A stretch of DNA of 63,969 bases, counting the filler, from Bipalium vagum (Eukaryota): the NCBI GenBank assembly GCA_037834085.1. It is 3 parts of 3 records of this genome, joined end to end, with 100 filler letters (N's around TTAATTAATTAA, not from the genome) between each part and the next. Parts side by side here need not be neighbours in the genome. Positions count along the whole stretch, not along the records: positions 28,081 to 47,024 come from JBBMKC010015082.1; positions 47,125 to 63,969 come from JBBMKC010090637.1; 1 more part is not named here. The stretch is one strand, 5' to 3'. The notes under the pieces are model-generated. The model was not told the DNA's origin. It did not search any database and saw only the letters and a list, made by a program, of their open reading frames with translations. Numbering within the stretch: the stretch's first letter is position 1; each line of letters begins with the position of its first letter. Shown here in pieces: positions 44,401 through 56,900 of this stretch. A program made the translations under genes and the position numbers.

Positions 44401-46951
44401 GTATTTCCTTTTATAATCAAATCTCACCACTGAAAAATCTAAAAATTTTAATATGAATTGGCACTTGAACATCTCTTATGATAAGCAATTTAGAAATTAT
44501 ATTATTATAAATATTAAAAATAATATATATTGATTTATTAATAATTTAATTATATATAACCTTTATAAGTTTAATTATAATAAATTATCTATTATATAAG
44601 TTATCTGATTCTTGGGGGACCTAATTTAAAAATTTTTTATATTGAAAACTTTCATAAAAATAATAATTATACTGGCGACAATAAAGTACTGATAAAAATA
44701 CAGATAATTCACTGGATTTTATAATAAAATTTTAATACTTCAATTAGCAAATTTTAAGATCAAATAGAAATAATTTTTCATAATTTTTTTTACCTATTTT
44801 ACAATATGTATTTAAATTAAATAATGAAAAAGGAATTAAAGAAATTGAAAATTTTAAATTTTTAAAAAAATATATAAAAGTACTTTGAATTTTAATAAAA
44901 AAATTTATTTGCAAATTTTCGTTTTTTTAATCTCAAACAGGTTAAAACAATTTACTTAGGTATAAATCTTATGCTGTCACGCAAGTTGAGGACGGTAGTG
45001 TAAAAAACTATGCATGGTTGGTAATTAATTTAATTTTCAAAAGTTTCATCAAAAATTACTAATAATATTTTAATTATTAATGAAGAACAATCTGAATACA
45101 TTTTGACTGTATTACGATGAGAAATTGTAAAATATCTAAATCTAAAAACAAAATGTATACCTATTCATTAAATCAATAGGTGATAAAAGAATTTTTTAAA
45201 AATTCAGAAAAAAATATCAGGTCAGTCTTATTCTATGAACATTTACGAATAGAAAAATGCAAAGAACATCTAGCAGTACTACATTTTAGGTTTAGATAAA
45301 ATTGGGCTTAGTTTTACAAAATCAAAAATTAAGATCATATCATGGAAAATGAACGGCTCAAAATGGTTTGGTGAAATTTATTTTATGTCAATGAACTACA
45401 AAATCATTATTTGATATTGCATAAGTAACAAAATGAAGTCAATTTCATAGAACGCTGTAAAGCAATATAGGAAGATGAACCATAGAAAGGCTACATAGAA
45501 TCTCATACAAACTACAACACATATTGATATTACTAAAACATTTTTTCTAAAAAATGGATTTCCCTATGGTAATATTCACCATATTTCATATACATGTAGT
45601 ATATATGACGATATTTTTCCCTTTCTATGGAGTTTTTACAAGTTTGCGAAATTGATTTTGAAAATCACTTCACGCAACTTATAAAAGAAAACGAACATAA
45701 TTTATATCAAGCCTTTCTGGATTATTGAACAACGTTATTGATAAGAGAGACAACTCATACACAAAAATAAAAAATTTAATAATAATTATTTTTTTCCAAT
45801 ATTTCCATACTATGCGGAGAATTTATTATAAAATTATATTAAAAATATTATAAAATTCAGAGCCAAATAATAAAATAATTTTAAAAAATTGTTATAATTT
45901 TATTAAAATATAACATTGACTGAAAAATGACAATAGAATCCGTTTTAATAGCAGAGAAAAACTAAATAATTTGAATTATTTTTTATTTTATTTAATAAAA
46001 GATTTCCAAAATCTCATTCAACTTTCATTAACTTTTATCTCAAATATTTCCCACGCTCATTGGCGGCTATTTTCGTAGTTTTTCAAACAATAGTTTGCCA
46101 ACAATTTTTAAATTATTATTTATTAATTAAAACAGCAGAATATTCAATTTTGCTTGAAATAATTTTTTTCAATTTCATTATTTAAATATTATTAATAATA
46201 ATTTATTTAACTAATATGAGACAATTTTTTAAATACAAATTAATAGCAACAATCAGATTCTTATAAGAAATTTCTTTAAAAAACCAAAAGGAATGAAAAA
46301 CTCAAAAGTATTTTAGTGACTTGAAATATTAGCTTATAAAACCATTTGGTAATGAATTTTATATAAAACATGAGTTTGTGTAAATTAATTTTTCGATTGA
46401 AAACTGCTTTTAAAAACATGAGGATTATTTAAAATGAGATTGACAAATCCAATGAAAACTTGGAGACTTTAAAGTCTTTCGAATCAGTGGCAGAAAATTA
46501 TAATCATAATTTGAAGTCTGTGAATTTTAATGAAAAAGAAAATTAGAAAAATAGTCACGAAAAAAAACTAATTGAATTACTTTATGAAACCATAAGAAAA
46601 AATGATAAGCATGGAGAGATGTGAATCTGTTAAAGGAACAGATTTGAATATTTAATGTCAAAAAATCAGACTACAACAAGGGAAATGAAAAATAAACTTT
46701 TACTGTAATATATCTGAAATAATAAAGTCTAATTAGTAAAGGAAGAAAAAAACTATTCTTAAAAAATCAGACATAAAAAAAATCATTTCTTATTATGCAA
46801 TATTAAAATTAAAACCTGAGGTTTAAAATGTGCACAATAAATAAAGAAATGATCAAAGTTAATTTTTTAAGTCACTAATAAATTATGGTTAAGAAAAGCT
46901 GTTTTTATAAAAATGTTTTTATGTTGAATTTATATAAAATTTAGTTTTATA

Positions 46952-47024
46952 CAGGGTGCGCCAAAAGTTACTTCCTACCTAAAAATGATCATAACTTTTT
47001 GTAATTTAAATAATTTTCAAATTT
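46952..47024. mobile_element. Tc1/mariner terminus cut by assembly gap
   Basis: TA|CAGGGTGCGCCAAAAG...CATAACTTTT, typical of a Tc1/mariner-superfamily TIR. Confidence 0.5.
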
Positions 47025-47124
47025 NNNNNNNNNNNNNNNNNNNNNNNNNNNNNNNNNNNNNNNNNNNNTTAATTAATTAANNNNNNNNNNNNNNNNNNNN
47101 NNNNNNNNNNNNNNNNNNNNNNNN
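47025..47124. other. Assembly gap with artificial linker (44N-TTAATTAATTAA-44N)
   Basis: Same structure as 27981-28080. Confidence 0.97.
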
Positions 47125-47184
47125 TAAGATTGTATAATTCATATTGCGCAAACTTTAGTTTTTCATATGAATTATTATTATTCT

Positions 47185-47207
47185 TATTTTATTATTATTA
47201 TTATAAT

Positions 47208-47240
<33 letters not shown>

Positions 47241-47258
47241 TATTATTATTATTATTAT
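47185..47258. repeat. (TTA)n/(TAA)n compound microsatellite
   Basis: Direct reading. Confidence 0.85.
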
Positions 47259-47779
47259 ACAATTAGTGAGATGAGTAAATTAGGTTAACCAAAAACAATT
47301 TAATTAAAGACCCTTCGCAAAATTAGAAATATGTTACTTTTAAAGACTTATTTAATGACATAAAAGTATCCTAGAAAAGTATACTTTATTGCGAACAATT
47401 TTTTAACCATTTTCAATTTTACATAATTCTATAATTAATATTATATTATGGCATTAAAAAATTAAAAAAACTAAAATTATGTTTGATAAAAAAGAAAAAA
47501 ATGAAAAAATAATAAAAATAGTTTAAGAAAATATCACAAGCTCTGATTTAGAGATTATAAACAAATATTTTCTAATTGATTTATTATTATTATTAATTAT
47601 TTTAATTAAAATTTTTGAAAAAAATAAAAAAACAAAGGGAAACACATTATAATTTTAATTTTTAAAAAATTTCATAAAATTTTCTTGTCCTTCAAAATCG
47701 AGGAATGGAAAATTTAAAATCGGATATTTCTCCATTTTGTTATGTTAAATGAAAATATTTTTATGAAATAAAATTGGCA

Positions 47780-48600
47780 ACGAACTTTGCCTCACACAAA
47801 GCCTCTGTAGTCTTATGACATTAACCTTTCAGATCTTATCACTGCAATCATGGTGTAATTATGAATGACAGGCTCCCATTATTATTGTTGACATGATTTA
47901 GAACGTTAAATGGGGATAAACAAGTCAAGTTTTGTACTTTTCTCCACATCAAACCATCCTGCAAATTATATTATTATAGACGAAAAGTCTTTCTTATTTT
48001 CCCATCAGACTTGCGATTGTTTTCCAACTAAGTAAGCTATCAACAATCTAAATTACTTAAAAGATTGATATGAATTTCTTCTTCCTATAAGACGATGAAA
48101 AATTAATTTCCCTAAAACAAATTTGTGGAAAGGGAAAATCTATCTGATTTAATTAACGTCGTTTTTCGCCATCAAGAGAAAAGGGTTTTGACCGCAAAAT
48201 CAGACAAGAATAATTTATAATTTCCACGCCAATTTAAATTCCTCGAGAAAATTCGGTAGTCTGAATTCTTTTATAATTTTACTTATTTGAGCAATGTTTT
48301 TTCAAGGATACCGCCCTTTCAGACTCGTTAGAATGGTGCTCTCTATGTTATATCAGCTAATAAGAGAAAAATGATGTTCCCTATGAAAATCCCTTCGTTG
48401 TTGTTTATTACCCGAAGTCAACTCTTCCACAAAAAGTACTACAAATTAAAAAAACGAATTTCTATTAAATTAATACCGACAAACAAATTTAATGATAAAG
48501 TTAATCGTTCTTTCTGTTCTCAATACATTCCCTGTCTCTTTTGTCCATGCTTAAAATTAAATTTTGAAAATCTTCTATGGATATGAGTTCCAATTATTCT
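47780..48600 (-). mobile_element. Decayed LINE (RTE-like) RT fragment
   Basis: NSDYRIFS (NYRPIS-like); GWFDVEKVQNLTCLSPF (GVRQGCxLSP-like). Confidence 0.5.
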
Positions 48601-49011
48601 AAAAGTCTGGTTGATAATTATTATTATCTAATTATTAATTATCTGGTTCTGGAATGTTCTAGTTGATAATTTCATTTTTTCTGAAGCTTCACGGACTGTC
48701 AGTCCGGCTTCAAGCATGCCACATAATCGGCCTTTATCAAATATCAAAAGCTGTGCCACTGAAAAAAAAAGTGAAGGCTGATAAAATTATTTGGGAAAAC
48801 TACTTACTGTTGATATGCGCGCTTACACTTATATTATTAAAACAAGTGAATATTAAATAAAAGATATTTTAAAAAAATTTAAATACTTACCTATCAGTAA
48901 TTTTATTTTTCGTTTTTTTAATTTGTAGTACTTTTTTTTTATTTATACATGTCAAACTAATTAATTGATAATAATCATTATTAAGTAGGTTAATGCTAAG
49001 GTTTTTAATTA

Positions 49012-49745
49012 CTTACTCCGTCCCATAAAAAGTGGACCTTATAAATTTAATTTTAATTTAAGTAAATCGTTCCATTTGTAATTGACACTTGTTTCAATTT
49101 GGAAAACTTTTCTTTTGAAATTGGATATCGTTCACTGACCAAAAATGATTGCTTCTATTGCATCATGACATCGTGTTGGTCATAATAGAAAAGTTAATAC
49201 GTTACCATTGAAAATATATGTCAAGATTTTGATGTAAATAAAAACTATGCCCGAAGATTACAAGACAAGTTTATTGATTTTGTCACATTTGATCGTAAAT
49301 ATGGTTGTGGAAGACCTTATATTTATAACTGTGAATGACTATGGATAGCAGGGTCAAAAGTCATTCTAAAGCCCCATTCATGTAGCATCTCAGATATTTC
49401 AAATGCTGCAGAAATATTAAAGAGCAGAGCATAAGGTTTTATGCAAATGAAAAATTCAGATATAACTATCAATGAAAAACTTGGTTTAACATAAAATATA
49501 ATCTGAAGTATAAAAAGTTAAAATTAAAAATACCACCGTAAAACATCGGAAACATATGTGGACATTAATGACAAATAGTTCCAAATACAGTCTTTCACTG
49601 GCGAAAGATATGAAATCAATAGTCCCAGGAAAAAAACCCATTTTTAAAGCAAGGAAAATATCCTTAAAATAGTGATACTAACGGCAGTTATAAAACCAAA
49701 CTCTGAAAAGATTTTTTAACATTTCCATTGGTATTTAGAAAATTT
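49012..49745 (+). mobile_element. DD39D (plant-type/Stowaway-associated) mariner relic
   Basis: TA|CTTACTCCGTCCCATAAAAAGTG terminus; YGCGR, YVDINDK*F, KENILKIVILTAVIKP, SIGI*. Confidence 0.65.
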
Positions 49746-50234
49746 ATTTATATTATTTATTGTTTATTGAAATGAAAAATTTGGTCTGATGAGAATTCGT
49801 TCATTTTTGCGTTTGAATATAATTTCTTTCTCTGTCACATTTTTGTAAAATATAATAATAAAGATTTACACTGAAAACTTTTTTTAGAAAAATAAAAAAT
49901 CAATTATAAATCAATTAAAATCATAAAAATTCATTTTAAAAAATGCCAATTGACATTTTCATGACATTTTTCGATTTATATCTTCAGATAATAATGAAAC
50001 TTTTGTGGCAACTAAGTAATTTTTTAATTAAATTATTTATATTCAAATATATATCAAAATATATGGAAAGCCAAATGAGAAGATGGGTAAAATATTTGAG
50101 AAATAACAAAAGAAATATTAAATATTTTAAGAAACTTTTTAAAAAATATTTTATATTAAATCATTTGTTGAAGTGTAATAAAAATATATAATTGTAAATA
50201 TTTTTGTCAATTTAATTAATCAATAAAAATATAA

Positions 50235-50780
50235 TATTATATGTGAATTAATTCCGTGAGATTTTATGTCAATTAATTATTGATTTTCTTAAAAATATGA
50301 TTACTTTGGATTTATTTATTTTTAGTTTGAAAATGAGGTTTTGAAATTGTAAAAATAACACTTTGTTTAACTCAACTAAGAATGGTAAAATTTGAACCAC
50401 GAAAAAACATTTTGGACAAGAGCCTATTTTTTTCTTTCATTTGAAAAGGACAGCAGCTGAAGCTCGTCGAATTTTCATACATAGGATGGTTTAGATGTTT
50501 CAAGATGGCTGATTTCAGCTTCTATGACAAACCTTGTCCAGGTCGAGAACAATGAATTAAAAGTTGTTAAAAGAGGACAATTATGAAGTAATAAAAAAAT
50601 GTCAATGAATAGATAACTTTGAAAGACAAGTCTCTTTTCCGTAAAGGATTTCAATAACTGACAGTCAGATGGAAAGAGAAAGAGAAACTTTGGAAAATAT
50701 CTTGATTAGTATTAGTTAGTTTCTTTGTTTTATTAAAGCATGGTATAAAAAACGAACCGAATTAATTCACAAACCTGATA
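50235..50780 (+). mobile_element. Internally deleted mauritiana-like mariner
   Basis: FHLKRTAAEARRI, GWFRCFKMADFSFYDKPCPGR, C-terminal GKYLD*; right TIR ...aattaattcacaaacctgata. Confidence 0.75.
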
Positions 50781-50802
50781 TAAAATTAAAAAGAGAAATT
50801 AC

Positions 50803-50914
50803 CCAATAACTTTTGCATTTTGAAGATACGAATTGTTGTCCCATCACTGGGAAATAAATGAACAACATTCCCAGAGAAGTGAGCCAGATTATCTCTTAGA
50901 TCATAACTTATAAA
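50803..50914 (-). CDS. SPAG17: SPAG17 exon 13 (FISYDLRDNLAHFSGNVVHLFPSDG...)
   Basis: ttccag|ttt, g|gtaatt; LFPSDG motif. Confidence 0.85.
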
Positions 50915-53900
50915 CTGGAAAGTCATGAGATTATTTTCTTTCTAATGTCAAACAATGTATACCGGCCAAAATTCTTCTTCTGGTGCTTTTATTTGTTCCA
51001 GTTCTGATGTATTCTCTTTTTCCGAAAGATCAGTTGAATCGTCAAAAGCCGTTTTCTTATTTTTTGAGCTTGACTTCTTACTGTCTCCAGCTTTATCAAT
51101 TTCTTTGGGAGCGTCTTTTTCTGATTTCTTTTCCGATAACGACTTTTGCTTTTGTTGCTTTTTTAATTCTTCTTCTTCTTTGGCTTTGTTGATCTTATCC
51201 TTTGTAAACATGAATTTTTTTATACGTTAATAAGGAAAACTTATTTAACTACCTGCTCTAGCTTTTGAGCTTTCAATGAACCAGGTAGAACCAATGTAAA
51301 TTCTTTGTTATTGTTTTCCTCATTACTGGAGGTTCTGGAACTACTACGACTTCTTGTTTTTGAAGCTGCACCCTTTTTAGACTTGTCAGTAGACTTGGCC
51401 TGGGTTTCTTTAGTCTCAGTCTGGTTTGTTTCTGCCTAAATATTTGAAAAAAATAATATTTTTTCTAACATTCATAATTCTTGAAGAATATACCTCTGCA
51501 CTTTGTAATTCTTTGCTCAATAGATTTGCTTGATAAATAGCTTCCTGATCCCTGGTCCAATCAGTTATTTTGTCATTGACGTGGTCCAAATAATTTCTAA
51601 ATCCAACATTAGAGTGCAGCCACAAGTCCCATGGTTGTTGGTTCAATTTTGAGTCCGGTTGAAAGGGGTTCTGTAATACGACAAGATGGCCATCCATTTG
51701 TCGTTGATGATAAATATCAACATAAGGCAATTTGTAAAGTGCTTCATGGATAATCTAGGGTAAAAGATGAATTAATTAAGTTTTCTTAAAATGTTTATAG
51801 TTAATATATAAAATATAATTATATAATATGGTATATTAAATAATATATAAAGTGGTATGATTAATAAAAAATGTTAAGATCATAGCGAAGAAAAAAGCCA
51901 TTTTTTCAATTAAATGATGAAAAGGGTCTTAATGAAAATTGAAAGAAAATGGTCTCATAAAATTATTTAAAAAGTTATTGAAATAAAATAATGAAAGAGA
52001 AGTCTAAGGATAAATCATTGTTACAATTCTTTTATAAATTTTGAAAGATATCTGAGAAGTCTTCAGAAATAAATAACCAGATTCTTTTGATAATTTACGA
52101 TTTTAAAAAATTTACTTGATTAAGCTAGTTACAGACTATCCAACAGTTATCATTGCCTTCTTTTGGTGAAGGCTTGGCTTAGGCATTTGCTGGGGCTGAT
52201 CGTCGACGTTTATTGTGTACAATTCTCTTTTCAGGACATTTCACAATGCGAGACAAATAGGGATCAATTTGGTTTTAAATAATTAAGGAAGAACACATTT
52301 CTTATCTTTCATTTTGGTTAGTTTTCAGTAAAATATAAGTGGAAACAGTAAATCGAATTCTTGACCTTCCCGAGTTTTATGAGATAATCAAAAATAATAG
52401 ATTTTGATACATTGAAATCCTGGGAAACTTAAGCAACAAACCTTTCTTTCCAGATCTTTATTTACCAACCCCGTGTAATCATTACGAAATTTATTAAGCC
52501 ACTACTGTGTGCATTATTACTGCTTTAACCCAATGTAGCATATTTGTTTTCAGTTGACTTTGAAACACACTGTCTTTGAGTTAAAACTTTTACAATATGC
52601 ATATTCGAATTTGTTAATGTTCTATACTTAGAAATGGAAGAAAAATAAGACTCTATCTTAAATTAATACACTTATCTATACAGTATAAACAAGCCCCACA
52701 ATTCCTGTTTTAATTTGGTATATTTAAACAAGTTACACAACCATTACTTAAAATAAATAATTTTAATTTGAAAGCTTAGATAAAAAAGTTTGCGAAATTT
52801 CCTACCGGACAACCTACTATTTTAATACGACGTTCCTACACAGGTAGATCATCTAAAACCAAGAATTGTCTTTTTTCAACTATTGTTTTTGATCCAGACA
52901 ATTATGTATCAAAAGAGTTGTAATTGAAAAGTCTACATTACATTTGAGCATGATCCTATTTAAGACGAAAATCACTTTGAAATTGCGGTTCTTTTAATGT
53001 TTTATGGATGGCCTACTCAAAATATTTCACTGAACTTGATAGCCTGAACATTAATTATTACTAATTCTTAATTTGTTATATGTATAATTACCAATACTGT
53101 TGGTACGGTAGGAAAACTGAAGCGGTTTTAATGATCTTGAAAAAAGGGGTTCGAAAAATGTTAGTTTTTAAAAATTATATTTATTAAAATTTATAGTTTT
53201 AATTATTTTATTGATAATTCCGTTATAATTGATATGAAAAAAGAAAATAAGATTCATTGAATTATTATTTAACATATTTCAGTAAAAAAAATAAAATTAT
53301 ATTATTTATTTTTATTATTTATATTAACTATATTATTTATTATTTTATATTTTTTAAAAATTATTTATTATTATTAAAATGAAAATTTTATTCAATTATT
53401 TAAGGAAATTTCTTAATTTTTTTATGAAGTATTGATTATTTTAGAAGATTAATAAAATTATAATAAATGATTTTCCTTTATACATAATCAATGAATATTA
53501 TTTTTGAGTCTTTCTTTCCCACTGTGAGATTGTGATCATTCTTGTTCTGATTTCCTCTTTCACAACAGCAAAATCATTAATTATTTTATGTAATACAAAA
53601 TAAATATACAGTGTCTCTTAAAGGAGGAGAATTAAAAAATAATGAAAAATATAATTGGTAAATAAAATAATATCATATTCTCAGGTAATATTGATGTATC
53701 AAAGTGATATAATAATAAAATAAGAGTAATATTTTAAGATGCGCTCACTTGCAATAGTAAATGTGGTTCATAAAACTCTTCGAAGCACCATTCACTAAAA
53801 TTCCGTTTTCTAATATTGGTCAAATAGTCCAATAAAATGTTTTGTAAAGAATCTTGATCTTCATTGTTGAGCATGTTCAAAATGTCAGTTTGAGTTTGAC

Positions 53901-56900
53901 TGTGATCTGGAACAGCCTCATTTATATCTGTATCCAGAAAATGAACAGATGACTTCCTTCTGGACATTTTAGCAAAGTCAGGAGACTGTGATCGACTTGA
54001 CAGGCGACTGCTTTTCAATATTCCATCTGGATAATGATCACTTTTCAAAGAGGAAGAAGTAAATTCTGATTTCAGCACTGAACATACAGGTCAATTAAAT
54101 AGATCCCCATACTGAACCTACTGATTGCTTCCAGCTCATCACTAATAAGCTTTTTCTTTGAGAGAACGAGCTCGTCATTTAATATTGATTCATTCATTTC
54201 ATCAACGATCATATATGGATCATCCCAAACAGGATGTAGATTTCTTTGAAATATACCATCTTCATTATTAGTTCTTATAAAACCGTTTTCATCCACCCCA
54301 CTTAACGTGACATTTTCCAACAGAAACAATTTAATAGCGAAATTTATTTCTGAAATAATTACCGTAATTAAATATTTGATTTTTCGGTTTTTTTTTCAAA
54401 TAAAATTCCAAGAGTTGAAATCTTTTTTGAATTCATTAAATAAATAACCAAAACAATTATTGTTAAATTATTATTTTTTTCCTTGATAATAAATAAATTC
54501 CAATATTTGCTTTCAAGTCGGAACAAGGCATTCCTTTGCAAAATGGGAATTTAAATCGTCAATAAATAATGAAAATATACAATTGACAAATATTGATATA
54601 CCTGGACACTTTCACAAGAATATTTAATTCTTTATAAATTGATGAAAGTCAAAAAGATAAAAGAATTTTTACTTCATCAAGAAAGGAACATATTTTCATA
54701 TATCCAATCTCATTGGAATTCATTTACGTTCAAAGGATCTGATCGTGAAAAAGAATTCATGAATGCTCATTCTTAAAAGAGTGCTGCTTGAAAATTTAAT
54801 ACCTTTAATTATCAGTCAGTGTTACACTTTCGTTAGATTTCGTTTGAAGTGAAGGTACCCATAAAATAAACCTGACAGCATTCTTAACTGGGGGAGAAGA
54901 GATATATTTTATTTGATTTGGAAATGTATAAGTATTATCGTGTGTACTGAATTGAAAATGTCCTTTATGTATAATGTTGACCGATTGAGGCTATAAATCT
55001 TGGAAAATTTATATGATGAGATCAAGACTTGGAGACGTTATCAAGAAGAAAGGAGGCTATATCAATTATTAAACACTAAAATAGTATTTTTTCATGTCTA
55101 TTCTTTTGTATTTGGATCTCTAGGGTAGAAATAAGTAATTCGTTTGCCCTAATACATGTTTTTGTCTTCATCATTTTTCTATTCACGATATTACAGTACC
55201 TGGCCATTGAAATAGACTCAAACAAAAAATATCGTTTTTTGACGTAAGAAATTAAACCAATTTAATGAAAACCGTTTTGTAGAAATTAATTTTTCTTTAC
55301 TTTTTAACAAGGTGTCTCTTCGTAGTGTTTGTATTTCAGTCCCCAAACTAGTCTCTTCTTTATCATGGCCGGTGTTAACTTATGCTTTATGGTTATACAA
55401 TTATTTGTAAAATAATACTTGAGTCTATTTCAATGGCCAGGTACTGTAGTTAACGTACTGTACTTTACAAAGCAACACACAGATTAAATGTAAAGAAATA
55501 TATAAATAATATAAATTATTAAATATAACCCATCATGGATAGCCCAGTATTTTCTAAATATTTCAACAGCTCCTGAGTTCTTAAAGCTCTTTTCAAACGA
55601 ATATCATCTTCAACAGAAATGGCTTTCATCAAATCCAAATGACGGAAACTGGAAATCAACATCTGCAATTCATGGATCATTGGGCTTTTTGATTCAAAGA
55701 CTTTTGACTCAATGTCCATATCTCTTAAGCTAAGAGAATCCAGGCCGTGTATTGCGGTATTAGTATTTTCTTGAATTTTTTTCTTATCAAAGTCAGTTTT
55801 AGAGATTTTTAGAGCATTTTGTAAATCCATTAAGTCGCCTTTAGGTAAATATATCTTTTCTGTTAATGCTTTCAGTATTTCCAAGGTATTCTCGTTAGAT
55901 TCACTTGACATCTCAGATTTATCCTGATTCCAGATGGGAGTTTTTTCCCCACAACTGATTTCAACCTTANNNNNNNNNNNNNNNNNNNNNNNNNNNNNNN
56001 NNNNNNNNNNNNNNNNNNNNNNNNNNNNNNNNNNNNNNNNNNNNNNNNNNNNNNNNNNNNNNNNNNNNNNNNNNNNNNNNNNNNNNNNNNNNNNNNNNNN
56101 NNNNNNNNNNNNNNNNNNNNNNNNNNNNNNNNNNNTTTATTTACTAGACACTATCAGATAGATGTGCTTTTATTAATATGAATATTATTATTTATTTATT
56201 ATTTTATTTTTCTTATTATTGCGAACATGCTTATAATAAATCATTCTAATAAATTCAGAAATATCGATAAATTAAAAAAGGGTAAAGTAATGTAATATTG
56301 ATGTGACTCTTGATATTTTTGCACTATTTAAATTTTATATAATATATAAATATAAAAAAAATAATGTTCATTATTTGACTCCAGTTAGCTAGAACTTCAT
56401 GTCTAGATACATTCCATCGGGCAAGTATAGTGAATTTGAATCAGACCAGGGGTTTCCAAAGTACGGCTCTAGATTCTAAACTATTCTCAAGAATGAAACT
56501 AATCAACAACAAATGTTAAAATAGACAATTTGTCACAAGATCAAGAAGATATTCTTAATAAAACGAGTAATGAGTGTTAATGATGGTTGTAAACTTTACA
56601 ATGTAAAGGAAAGGATGGCCATTAAGGAATAAAAAACCGCTTTGATTGGATTTTCAATAATAATTTTATAAAAATCATTATTTTTTAATTATATGTTCAT
56701 AATGGTTAATGCATTCGGTTGGTTAAGAAATTAATATAAGATTTTTATAAATTATAAATACTTCTTTTGACACTTATCAATTTTATTTATTAAATTAATG
56801 ACAGATAATCCCAAAATCACTCCTTTTAGATCTTAAGTATGTTCGTTTTTGAAGGTCAAGTGAACACTGGACGCATGCCAGGCATGGTCATTAGGATCAA

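Noticed and set aside
51253-51435. Apparent frameshift in SPAG17 exon 11
   Set aside because: Recounting the A-run gives an intact 183-nt frame.
55934-56161. ORF spanning Ns
   Set aside because: Gap artefact, antisense to SPAG17 exon 7.
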